IMG/VR virus record: IMGVR_UViG_3300044723_009217
Location: 1-24,635 of that record
Source of the DNA: a virus
Taxonomy: Duplodnaviria > Caudoviricetes
Length of the DNA stretch: 24,635 nucleotides
Reading direction: 5' to 3' (one strand)
Shown: positions 1 to 8,267 of the stretch, one piece after another
How positions within the stretch are numbered: the stretch's first letter is position 1
Layout of the letters: each line of letters starts with the position of its first letter
The notes under the pieces: generated by a model
Seen by the model: only the letters and a program-made list of their open reading frames with translations
What the model was told of the DNA's origin: nothing
Database searches by the model: none
Made by a program: the position numbers and the translations under genes

Positions 1-321
1 ACCGCAACACAATTTGAAATGACCGTCCAGCATGACTTTGCTATACCAAAGACTGAATGGATAGGTAAGTTTGATATTCTTTATAGCAATTCATTTGATC
101 ATAGTATTGATCCACCTAAAACAATTGAAACCTGGAAGAAACAAATATCTTATGATGGTAAACTCTTTATTGAGTGGTCTGATTATTATAATGCTAAGTC
201 TACTTTATCAGATCCTGTTTCCGGTACCACACAAGAATTTATTAGTTTCCTAGAATCTCATAATGTAGTAATAGAAGAATTCAACAAAAAATTTGGACTT
301 TTAATGTGTAATGTTAGATAA
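1..321 (+). CDS. Class I SAM-dependent methyltransferase-like protein, C-terminal part (5' truncated by the window)
   Basis: Frame is open from position 1. FDILYSNSFDH..P...W.....GKLFIEW resembles the motif IV-VI region of Rossmann methyltransferases. Confidence 0.5.
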   Translation, partial: TATQFEMTVQHDFAIPKTEWIGKFDILYSNSFDHSIDPPKTIETWKKQISYDGKLFIEWSDYYNAKSTLSDPVSGTTQEFISFLESHNVVIEEFNKKFGLLMCNVR

Positions 322-838
322 TTATTTATTGATAAGAGACTTTGAATTTGATCGAATGAATCAGATGCATAAATCTCGAATGATTGAAAAGTTTATAAAA
401 GATAAAATAGATAACGATGAAGGTGGTGGATATAACACAGAATATCATGACAGTATATACACCACTATCATATCTGATGCTTTCTTAAAGATTGTGAATG
501 AAGAGTTTACAGTTTCAGAAAAACTCAATCCGATACAGACTTGGATATATGTTCAGAATAATGAACAATACAATTCAGTTTGGCATAATCATGCGAATAC
601 GTCTTCGATCAACGCAGTTTACTATATAGATCCACCATCAAAAGGTGGTGGTCTACAATTCAGTTTAGCGGGTAAAGAATTTACGATTCAGCCCGAAAAG
701 AATAAACTATACATATTTCCATATTGGATGGATCACAGACCACTTCCTCAAGAGGATAAGGAATGGCGAATCAGTGTCAATATAGAATATATGTGTTTAC
801 AAAGACCTATATATAAAAAACTAGATGTTCTCTGGTAA
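311..838 (+). CDS. 2OG-Fe(II) oxygenase superfamily protein (marine phage HxH type)
   Basis: WHNH...NAVYY...GGL...FP..MDHRP...RISVN double-stranded beta-helix motifs. Confidence 0.75.
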   Translation: MLDNYLLIRDFEFDRMNQMHKSRMIEKFIKDKIDNDEGGGYNTEYHDSIYTTIISDAFLKIVNEEFTVSEKLNPIQTWIYVQNNEQYNSVWHNHANTSSINAVYYIDPPSKGGGLQFSLAGKEFTIQPEKNKLYIFPYWMDHRPLPQEDKEWRISVNIEYMCLQRPIYKKLDVLW

Positions 839-859
839 AGTTTTATATATAGTATTATA

Positions 860-916
860 GGATGCCGAAGATTCGGGTCCACTACAAATCTTGCTTGGAT
901 ATAAAGGAGATTACAA
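860..916 (+). promoter_or_regulatory. ROSE-like RNA thermometer in the hsp20 5' UTR
   Basis: Hairpin 860-880, then AATCTT-G-CTT (887-896) pairs with the SD-containing AAGGAGATT (904-912) with a bulged G. This contains the UYGCU core of ROSE elements. Confidence 0.65.
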
Positions 917-1393
917 ATGACAGGCAATACTTTTACGTTCCCTCGTGGAGCATTTGTTGGTTTCGACCACATTTTTAATGATCTTGAGAGAATGGCATCA
1001 AGTCATCAGAAAGATCACTATCCACCACATAATGTTGTAAAACATAACGATGATGAGTATCTCATAGAACTCGCAGTGGTAGGATTCAAACAAGAAGATA
1101 TTGATATTCAGATGCATGATGGTATCCTTACTATTAAGGGTAACAGAGAGCAAAGACGGAAACAAGATCTTTATGTTCACAAAGGTATCAGCGGTCGTAA
1201 ATTCGAAAGGTCGTTTAGACTTTCTGAATTTGTAGAAGTCACTGGAGCTATGCTCGAGGATGGATTGCTTACAATATCATTGGAGCGAATCATTCCAGAA
1301 GAGAAGCGTCCTCGTAAAATTTCAATCACTAATAATTTACGAGGTAATAAACATGACAACACTAGTCCTGAACTACTCAACGAGTCTGCTTGA
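917..1393 (+). CDS. hsp20: Small heat shock protein (Hsp20/IbpA family)
   Basis: GFD.IF, YPPHN, IELAVVGF, HKGIS.RKFERSF.L and A.LEDGLLTI.L alpha-crystallin motifs; AAGGAG RBS. Confidence 0.95.
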   Translation: MTGNTFTFPRGAFVGFDHIFNDLERMASSHQKDHYPPHNVVKHNDDEYLIELAVVGFKQEDIDIQMHDGILTIKGNREQRRKQDLYVHKGISGRKFERSFRLSEFVEVTGAMLEDGLLTISLERIIPEEKRPRKISITNNLRGNKHDNTSPELLNESA

Positions 1394-1568
1394 AGCAACA
1401 CTTAGCTTTTTTCAAAATATTGCAAACGCATTATTATTAGCACGTCAATACCAAGCTAATCATTATGCAGCAAAGTTACTTTCTGACGCAGAATATAACG
1501 GTAAAGAATATTATCGTATTCTATCAGATATGAATGAAGCAAGTCGAAAACACTATGGTGTAAAATAA
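1353..1568 (+). CDS. Hypothetical protein (71 aa)
   Basis: GAGGT RBS at 1341-1345 before ATG 1353; the stop overlaps the next start (TAATG). Confidence 0.6.
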   Translation: MTTLVLNYSTSLLEATLSFFQNIANALLLARQYQANHYAAKLLSDAEYNGKEYYRILSDMNEASRKHYGVK

Positions 1569-1654
1569 TGCTAAAGTTTTTCTTAGGTTACTATCAAACA
1601 GAATCACAAATGTATAATTCTATGAGAACATGGAATCCAAATACATCTTACTAA
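1568..1654 (+). CDS. Small hypothetical protein (28 aa, MLKFFLGYYQ...)
   Basis: TAATG coupling to the upstream gene; ends just before a terminator hairpin. Confidence 0.4.
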   Translation: MLKFFLGYYQTESQMYNSMRTWNPNTSY

Positions 1655-1662
1655 TAATAAAT

Positions 1663-1696
1663 AAAGGAGCAGGGCAACTTGCTCCTTTTAACTTTT
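1663..1696 (+). terminator. Rho-independent terminator
   Basis: AAAGGAGCAGG-GCAA-CTTGCTCCTTT stem with GNRA loop, followed by a T-rich tract. Confidence 0.75.
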
Positions 1697-1708
1697 ATGG
1701 AGAAACAA

Positions 1709-2221
1709 ATGGCAGCAGAAAATTATCAGAAATGTTTAGAAATGATACTTCACCACGAAGGTGGATATGTGAATCACCCAAAAGATCCAGGTGGAGAGAC
1801 AAATCTTGGTGTGACTAAAAGAGTCTACGAAGACTTTGGTGGTACAAAGGATATGAAAGACTTGACGGTCGAAGACGTAGCACCAATATATGAAAAGAAC
1901 TATTGGGGTAGAATGAAGTGTGATAGTATTCCTTCTGGTCTTGACTTATGTGTATTTGACTTTGGAGTCAATGCTGGAACAGGAAGATCTGCTAAGTTTC
2001 TTCAAACCATGATCGGTACAACTGCTGATGGCGGTATTGGGCCAAACACATTATCTAAACTATCAGATTATATTGATGAAAATGGTATAGAAGATACTAT
2101 CAAAAACTTTCAAGCAGAGAGACAAAGTTATTACGAAGGTCTTGGCACATTTGAAACATTTGGTAAAGGTTGGACACGTCGTGTAACTGAAACGACAGAA
2201 TCTGCTTTGGAGATGATTTAA
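1709..2221 (+). CDS. Glycoside hydrolase family 108 lysozyme/endolysin with peptidoglycan-binding domain
   Basis: HEGGYVNHPKDPGGETNLG, FDFGVNAG, DGGIGPNT and FGKGWTRR motifs; GGAG RBS before ATG 1709. Confidence 0.92.
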   Translation: MAAENYQKCLEMILHHEGGYVNHPKDPGGETNLGVTKRVYEDFGGTKDMKDLTVEDVAPIYEKNYWGRMKCDSIPSGLDLCVFDFGVNAGTGRSAKFLQTMIGTTADGGIGPNTLSKLSDYIDENGIEDTIKNFQAERQSYYEGLGTFETFGKGWTRRVTETTESALEMI

Positions 2222-2224
2222 CTG

Positions 2225-2253
2225 TTTACATTTCCTCCACTTTGTGGTATAAT
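2225..2253 (+). promoter_or_regulatory. Sigma70-type early/middle promoter for the DNA polymerase
   Basis: TTTACA-N17-TATAAT with extended -10 TG. Confidence 0.8.
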
Positions 2254-2276
2254 AGTTTTATGTTATTGGAGGTTAT

Positions 2277-4757
2277 ATGTCATTTTATATTTCCGTAGAT
2301 CACTACGGTAGCAAAATACTCTATCGGGGGTACAACGATGCCGGCAAACGTGTCGAGCATCGTATCCCTTTTAAGCCTAAACTCTTCCTACCATCGCCAA
2401 AGCCAACCGGCTGGAAAACGATGGATAACAAACACGTGGCACCGATTCAATTCGACAATCGCCACGAGATGAATGAATTTGTTAAGAGTTACGAAAATAC
2501 ATCAGGCTTTCAGTACTACGGTTGTGATCGTGTAGTACTACAGTTCCTACAGGATAAATTCCCGAACGAAATTAAATTTAATAAAGATATGATGAACGTG
2601 GTCAATCTGGATATCGAAGTATATTCAGAAGACGGCTTTCCCAATGCTGACGAGGCACGTCACCCCATTACAGCAATTACTGCTAAATCATCCCGTTCTG
2701 TAGTTTATCATGTATGGGGTGTTAATGATTATTCCATCCCTGACTCTATGCACAAGAATTTAAGGATTAAATACCATCAATGTGAAGATGAAATAGATTT
2801 ACTAGAACGGTTTCTTACATGGTGGAAGAATGATTATCCTGATATAGTGACTGGTTGGAATATCCGATTCTTTGATCTACCCTATATTCTGAATCGTGTA
2901 ACAAGAATTATGAATGAGAATTATGCAAAGCAATTCTCTCCTTGGAATTATTTACGCCAACAGAAAATTAATTTTAAAAATAAAAATATGGATTCGTATC
3001 AGATCCAAGGCATTAACCAATTAGACTACTTTGACCTTTTCCAAAAGTTTGCATATAGCTATGGTGCACAAGAATCCTACCGGCTAGACCATATTGCAAA
3101 TGTAGTACTTGGCGAAAAGAAACTGTCCTACGAAGAATATGGTAACCTACGCAACCTATACAAAGAAAACTTCCAACTCTATATCGACTACAATATTAAA
3201 GATGTTGAATTAGTACAAAAGATGGATGATAAGCTTGACCTGATTGGTCTTGCTTGTACCCTGGCATACAAAGCTGGCGTGAACTTTACTGATATTTTTG
3301 GTACTACATCAATATGGGATTCAATTGTATACCGTGAACTGACTAAACGCCAAATTGTCATACCACCGATACGTAATAGGGTTGAACGTGAGAACGCAGA
3401 AACAAAGTTTGCAGGTGGTTATGTGAAAGAGGTAAATCCTGGATCTTACGATTGGATAGTTAGTTTTGATCTTAATTCACTTTACCCAAACATTATTGCT
3501 CAATGGAATATGTCACCAGAAACATTAGTTGAGTCTGGTAATAATGTATCACGTGCAGCAAACAATATACTGTTTGACAATTCCACTGAAGGGGTATTTC
3601 CAACACTTGTAAAGAACTACTACGACGAACGGAGAGTAGTTAAAAAACAAATGCTTGAAGCCCAATCCAAATACCAAAAAGAAAAGACCCGCGAGCTCGA
3701 GCGCGAGATTGCTACGTATCAGAATAAACAATGGGCAATCAAGATTCTGATGAACTCTTTATTTGGTGCAATTGGTAACAAATGGTATCGATACTTTGAC
3801 CTACGTATTGCTGAAGGTATTACCCTTACAGGCCAATATGTGATTAAGTGGTGTGAGAAAACAATTAATAATGAATTAAACAGATTACTTGAAACCGATA
3901 CAGACTATGTTGTTGCAATCGATACAGATTCTGTCTATGTTAACTTTAAGCCATTTGTTGATAAATTTAATCCAAAGGATCCAGTTAAGTTTCTTGATGA
4001 TGCCTGTGAAAACCATTTCAACAAAGTGTTTGTTAAGTCAATGGAAAATCTTTACAAAGAAATGAATTGTTACGAGAACCGTATGGAGATGGGACGGGAG
4101 GTAATCGCTGATCGTGGTATATGGTTAGCAAAGAAAAGATATATCCTTAATGTCCATAATTCAGAAGGTGTACAATATGATGAACCCAAACTGAAGATTA
4201 TGGGCATCGAAGCTATTAAGTCATCAACGCCCGAAGTATGCAGAAATAAATTTAAAGATATATTCAAACTAATTATATCCGGCTCTGAAACTGAAACCCA
4301 GAATTTCATACAAGAATTCAAACAGGAATTCAAATCTCTTCCACCTGAATCAGTTGCATTCCCTCGTGGGGTTCATTTATTCAAGACGGATAAAAATAAT
4401 CCTAAAATGAAAATCCCTTATAGCGATCCAAAAACGATATACAAAAAAGGTTGTCCAATCCATGTACGGGGATCATTAATATATAATAAATTCATAAAAG
4501 ATAATAAATTAATTAATAGCTATGAATTGATCCAGGATGGGGATAAGATAAAATTCACATATCTTAAATTGCCAAATCACTTCAAAGAAAATGTAATAGC
4601 ATTTCCAGGAAGTCTACCGAAGGAAATGAATTTACAAAGACATATTGATTATGATAAGCAATTTGAAAAAACGTTTATCGAGCCTCTCACATTTATTTTG
4701 GATGCGATTGGCTGGTCTGCAGAAGAACGAGCAACATTAGATGAGTTTTTTATATGA
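2277..4757 (+). CDS. 43: T4-like family B DNA polymerase
   Basis: Exonuclease motifs LDIE, WNIRFFD, YNIKD; polymerase motifs FDLNSLYP, K...NSLFG, DTDS, KKRY; C-terminal clamp-binding-like TLDEFF. Confidence 0.97.
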   Translation: MSFYISVDHYGSKILYRGYNDAGKRVEHRIPFKPKLFLPSPKPTGWKTMDNKHVAPIQFDNRHEMNEFVKSYENTSGFQYYGCDRVVLQFLQDKFPNEIKFNKDMMNVVNLDIEVYSEDGFPNADEARHPITAITAKSSRSVVYHVWGVNDYSIPDSMHKNLRIKYHQCEDEIDLLERFLTWWKNDYPDIVTGWNIRFFDLPYILNRVTRIMNENYAKQFSPWNYLRQQKINFKNKNMDSYQIQGINQLDYFDLFQKFAYSYGAQESYRLDHIANVVLGEKKLSYEEYGNLRNLYKENFQLYIDYNIKDVELVQKMDDKLDLIGLACTLAYKAGVNFTDIFGTTSIWDSIVYRELTKRQIVIPPIRNRVERENAETKFAGGYVKEVNPGSYDWIVSFDLNSLYPNIIAQWNMSPETLVESGNNVSRAANNILFDNSTEGVFPTLVKNYYDERRVVKKQMLEAQSKYQKEKTRELEREIATYQNKQWAIKILMNSLFGAIGNKWYRYFDLRIAEGITLTGQYVIKWCEKTINNELNRLLETDTDYVVAIDTDSVYVNFKPFVDKFNPKDPVKFLDDACENHFNKVFVKSMENLYKEMNCYENRMEMGREVIADRGIWLAKKRYILNVHNSEGVQYDEPKLKIMGIEAIKSSTPEVCRNKFKDIFKLIISGSETETQNFIQEFKQEFKSLPPESVAFPRGVHLFKTDKNNPKMKIPYSDPKTIYKKGCPIHVRGSLIYNKFIKDNKLINSYELIQDGDKIKFTYLKLPNHFKENVIAFPGSLPKEMNLQRHIDYDKQFEKTFIEPLTFILDAIGWSAEERATLDEFFI

Positions 4758-4993
4758 ATGAAAAAAAGATAATATTATTACACGAAGTATTAGAAACAAA
4801 AATCAGAAAAGAGAAAGAACTTGAATATTATCAGAAGCAGTTGGAAAAGCTTCAGCATAAAATGTTTTTTCTTAAAAAAGAAATTGATCTGACAAATTTA
4901 ATTATTGATATTGTAGAACAAGAAAAAGTCCATGATATCAAAGAACACTTAATAGAAAAAAAGTATTTACAAGACGAAGAAAATGGAGTATAA
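4754..4993 (+). CDS. Hypothetical coiled-coil protein
   Basis: ATGA overlap with the gp43 stop; heptad-rich K/E/L sequence. Confidence 0.7.
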   Translation: MNEKKIILLHEVLETKIRKEKELEYYQKQLEKLQHKMFFLKKEIDLTNLIIDIVEQEKVHDIKEHLIEKKYLQDEENGV

Positions 4994-4994
4994 T
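4966..4994 (+). promoter_or_regulatory. Sigma70-type promoter
   Basis: TTTACA(4966)-N17-TATAAT(4989); ATG 5000 lies near the expected transcription start. Confidence 0.6.
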
Positions 4995-4999
4995 AGACT

Positions 5000-5413
5000 A
5001 TGAGTAAAGATTGGGTACAAGATATAAATGATATGCACAATAAATTTGGTGTGCACAATTGGATGTATGACAACCAAGGTGAAACTGAGAAACTCAATAA
5101 GTTTCTTGAATTTCGCCTCAAGTTTCTACAGGAAGAACTTGGCGAAACTATAAAGGCATTCGAAGGTCAAGATCCGGAAGAAATAGTTGATGGATTGATA
5201 GATCTATGTGTTGTTGCAATTGGAACAATGGACGCATTTGGAGTTGATGCACATAAAGCATGGGATGAGGTACATAATGCAAACATGGCAAAAGAACCAG
5301 GGATTAAAGAATCAAGACCGAATCCACTTGGATTACCCGATCTCATTAAACCTGAAGGATGGACAGGACCAAGTCATGATGGAAACCATGGGGATATCCC
5401 TCACTCTTTTTAA
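5000..5413 (+). CDS. MazG-like all-alpha (d)NTP pyrophosphohydrolase (PRA-PH-like/DR2231 type)
   Basis: LQEELGE...EEIVDGLIDL...AWDEVHNANMAK...KPEGW motifs. Confidence 0.85.
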   Translation: MSKDWVQDINDMHNKFGVHNWMYDNQGETEKLNKFLEFRLKFLQEELGETIKAFEGQDPEEIVDGLIDLCVVAIGTMDAFGVDAHKAWDEVHNANMAKEPGIKESRPNPLGLPDLIKPEGWTGPSHDGNHGDIPHSF

Positions 5414-6317
5414 AGGGATATATGATAACAAGACAGACAAACGCATCGATTTGAGAAACTTCGATGCGTTTGAACGTGTACTATATCAATTGGCTGAAAA
5501 ACCAAGAGCTGGTAAACATGATGCGGAACTGATGTCACCGGCAATATACGAGCCAAATGCACTACGTAGAAATGATAATGTAATCGAATGGACTGGTTGG
5601 TGTGCAGTCGATGTTGATGACTATAAATTCAATGGAGAACTAGAATATGATTTGGTTAATCGGTTTAGTGATTATCGTTTTGTTTGTTATTCTACAGCAA
5701 GTAGCACGATTGATTTACCGAAGTTTCGCCTTGTCTTTCCTGTTAAGACAGCAGTACGGAACAGAGAAATTAAAGCTTTCTGGTATGCGTTACAAACTGA
5801 ACTCGGCGAGCTCGGAGACAAGCAAACTAAGGATTTGTCACGAATGTATTACATCCCTGGAAAATACGCTGGTGCTCACAACTTTATTTTCAGTCATCAT
5901 GGCGGTAGGTCTATTGATCCTCATAAGTTAATTAATAAACACCCAATGGCAGAAAAAACAGGTACTTCGTTTATTGATCGACTACCAGAAGCCATGCAGA
6001 AACAAATTGTAGAATATCGTAAATCCAAACTGGATAATACCGATATAAACTGGACATCATATCGAGATTGCCCATTCTTTCCAAGACAACTTGAAAACGA
6101 GTATAGATCTATTAGTAATACTGGTTGGTATCATAAGATGTATCAGATCATGGTTGCTCTTGCTGGTAACGCAATTAAAAATCAGTACCCTATCACTGCA
6201 CAAGAAATATCAAAGCTTTGTCGTGAACTTGATACTGACACAGGTAATTGGTATGCGAACAGGCCAATTGATAAAGAAGCTGATCGGGCCCTTGAATATG
6301 TGTACAGGAATATATAA
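5388..6317 (+). CDS. Archaeo-eukaryotic primase (AEP/PrimPol)-like protein
   Basis: AVDVDD (motif I), YSTASS....PKFRLVFP (motif II region), D..TKDLSRMYYIP (motif III), and a helical C-terminal domain. Start re-called at ATG 5388. Confidence 0.7.
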   Translation: MGISLTLFKGIYDNKTDKRIDLRNFDAFERVLYQLAEKPRAGKHDAELMSPAIYEPNALRRNDNVIEWTGWCAVDVDDYKFNGELEYDLVNRFSDYRFVCYSTASSTIDLPKFRLVFPVKTAVRNREIKAFWYALQTELGELGDKQTKDLSRMYYIPGKYAGAHNFIFSHHGGRSIDPHKLINKHPMAEKTGTSFIDRLPEAMQKQIVEYRKSKLDNTDINWTSYRDCPFFPRQLENEYRSISNTGWYHKMYQIMVALAGNAIKNQYPITAQEISKLCRELDTDTGNWYANRPIDKEADRALEYVYRNI

Positions 6318-6814
6318 TGAAATCTTACCGTGGAAAAGTACCTCAGTGGTTTATTGAATATAGAGATAAAAAAGTAAAAGAAGACTCTAGACAGTTTCTT
6401 CCAAAAACCCATAAAGAATATATGACTAAAAATAGGTTATTCTTTAATTGGGATTGTGAATGGGTAGAACATGACCAAGCCTTTAAGCATACTCACCTTG
6501 AATTATCTGAGAAAAGATTTGAATATGATCTTTATAACATTTTAACAAAATTAAGACTTGATTATAAACATTTATCAAAATCAGGACTTTTCATAGGAGA
6601 TAAGGTTAAAAAAAGAATCCAAAGCAATAAAGTTGATAATATAGTACCATGGTCCTATAATAAAAGCCGATGGAAAAAGAGTGACAAAGGTTATATCTAT
6701 CAACCTCTTCAAGTAGATGAAATTGTTGATTATACTGTATATGAACCAGAAGACGCAAATTTCGTTTTAAATGAATTAAATGAAAAAAATAGGTTTACAT
6801 TACCATTAAAATAG
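6317..6814 (+). CDS. Hypothetical protein
   Basis: 165-aa ORF coupled by TAATG; no motif recognised. Confidence 0.65.
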   Translation: MKSYRGKVPQWFIEYRDKKVKEDSRQFLPKTHKEYMTKNRLFFNWDCEWVEHDQAFKHTHLELSEKRFEYDLYNILTKLRLDYKHLSKSGLFIGDKVKKRIQSNKVDNIVPWSYNKSRWKKSDKGYIYQPLQVDEIVDYTVYEPEDANFVLNELNEKNRFTLPLK

Positions 6815-6822
6815 TGTATAAT
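6794..6822 (+). promoter_or_regulatory. Sigma70-type promoter heading the putative base-modification operon
   Basis: TTTACA(6794)-N17-TATAAT(6817). Confidence 0.75.
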
Positions 6823-6846
6823 AGTATTCATAATATGGAGGACGAA

Positions 6847-7098
6847 ATGAAAGAAGATATTATGAGACAAATACCTAAGATGCCACTTGAAGAAGCAAAG
6901 GCAATCGCTTTGGAAATCTTAGAAGAATGGAACCCAAAAAAGATACAAGGTAAGGCCTCTAAAAATCGTACAATATACGATATAAAAAAGGCATGTACAT
7001 CTAATGAAATTTGTGGTATAATATACCGTGTACATATGGCATCTGAAGGATTAGGTACAATTGGATCTGGATGGCAGCAACATTATAGGAATGTCTAA
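6847..7098 (+). CDS. Hypothetical protein (83 aa)
   Basis: GGAGGA RBS at 6837-6842 before ATG 6847, downstream of the promoter. Confidence 0.7.
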   Translation: MKEDIMRQIPKMPLEEAKAIALEILEEWNPKKIQGKASKNRTIYDIKKACTSNEICGIIYRVHMASEGLGTIGSGWQQHYRNV

Positions 7099-7451
7099 TG
7101 AAAGAATCACTTAAAGTCCTGCAACGTGCAGCAGAAATACAAACTAAAAAAAGTAACGATTATCAAAATCCTACTTCACGTATACGACAGTCGATGTACT
7201 ATCCACGTGGCTGCGCAACGATATCAGATATTATGGTTGGCAAAATGCTACGTATACAATCAGTCCTTGAAGCAATGGAACAAGATCCAGGATATCAACC
7301 AAACTTCGAATCACTCGAAGATTCCGCTATCGATATGATTAATTATTGTTCTTTCTTTGTTGCATATATGCGTGGCGGTATCGATGGTCAAGATCCAAAT
7401 CGTGACTTCCTTAATCGACCTATAGATAATACTAAGAAAATAGATGAATAG
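7098..7451 (+). CDS. DUF1599-like (nucleotide-modification-associated) all-alpha protein
   Basis: Pattern K.NDY...K..R...ESLEDSAIDMINY is typical of DUF1599/DUF6378-like phage proteins; lies next to the TS paralogue. Confidence 0.6.
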   Translation: MKESLKVLQRAAEIQTKKSNDYQNPTSRIRQSMYYPRGCATISDIMVGKMLRIQSVLEAMEQDPGYQPNFESLEDSAIDMINYCSFFVAYMRGGIDGQDPNRDFLNRPIDNTKKIDE

Positions 7452-8265
7452 AGTTAGTGCACAAGATCTAGGCGAAGGCCTATACAAACTTCGTAAGCTT
7501 CTTCTTGAAACTGGTTATGAAACCCAGACAGCATCTTGGCAGGGCACGAAAGAGCCTCCGGTCTTTCTTGAAATATTACATGCGGATCTTGTTGCCCGTA
7601 TGTCTGATGATCCTGAAGAATCCTCAGTACAATGCCAGGCAACACAACCTTGGGCTGATACACACTTTCTCGAACGTGTCGGTGGCGAACCACTCAATCC
7701 CCCACCATCACATGTCATGTGGTTAAAAGATACTGACAACTACCTATCTGGTCAGGCTTTCAGCCATTCATACCCCGAACGTATGTGGGCACCAAAAGTA
7801 CCAGGTATTCGATTCCAAACTGGTAACCTAGGTGATGCAGTCGAACTTTTGAAAAAAGATCCTACCACTCGCCAGTGTTATGTTCCAATGTGGTTTCCGG
7901 AAGATATTATTGCTGCAAATGAAGGTGAACGTGTACCCTGCTCCTTTGGTTGGCATTTCCTAGTACGTAATGATGAACTACATTGTTCTTATCATATGCG
8001 TGCTTGTGATGTTGTTCGTCATCTACATAACGACTTATATTTTGCAAATCGTCTTTGTTTATGGCTAAACGAACAATCCGGCCTACATTGTAAAATGGGT
8101 CATTTACATTTCAGCTCAACTAGTTTACACTGCTTTAAAGATGACAAATATATGTTAAATCAAATGACTAAGAAATATAATACTAAAGAAAGCTCTAGTG
8201 CTCAAACGAATAATCAAGAAGAAATAGCACGTAGATATGTTCAATATATGGTAGGAGGAAATTAA
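7444..8265 (+). CDS. Thymidylate-synthase-fold enzyme, probably dCMP-specific (dCMP hydroxymethylase-like)
   Basis: DPTTRQ, catalytic PC (Cys codon 7939), MRACDVVRHLHND and SLHCF motifs. Asp occupies the position that is Asn177 in E. coli ThyA and Asp179 in T4 gp42. Confidence 0.8.
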   Translation: MNRVSAQDLGEGLYKLRKLLLETGYETQTASWQGTKEPPVFLEILHADLVARMSDDPEESSVQCQATQPWADTHFLERVGGEPLNPPPSHVMWLKDTDNYLSGQAFSHSYPERMWAPKVPGIRFQTGNLGDAVELLKKDPTTRQCYVPMWFPEDIIAANEGERVPCSFGWHFLVRNDELHCSYHMRACDVVRHLHNDLYFANRLCLWLNEQSGLHCKMGHLHFSSTSLHCFKDDKYMLNQMTKKYNTKESSSAQTNNQEEIARRYVQYMVGGN

Positions 8266-8267
8266 TA

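Noticed and set aside
5208-5387. N-terminal extension of the primase-like ORF (similar extensions at 1260, 13821, 14240, 15450 and 20907)
   Set aside because: Longest-ORF artefacts overlapping upstream genes; downstream starts fit RBS, coupling and domain boundaries better.
6317-6814. Homing endonuclease insertion
   Set aside because: No HNH, GIY-YIG or LAGLIDADG motif seen; left as hypothetical.
7444-8265. Ordinary thymidylate synthase ThyA
   Set aside because: Lacks the PCH and GLPFN motifs, has Asp at the specificity position, and ThyX is already present.
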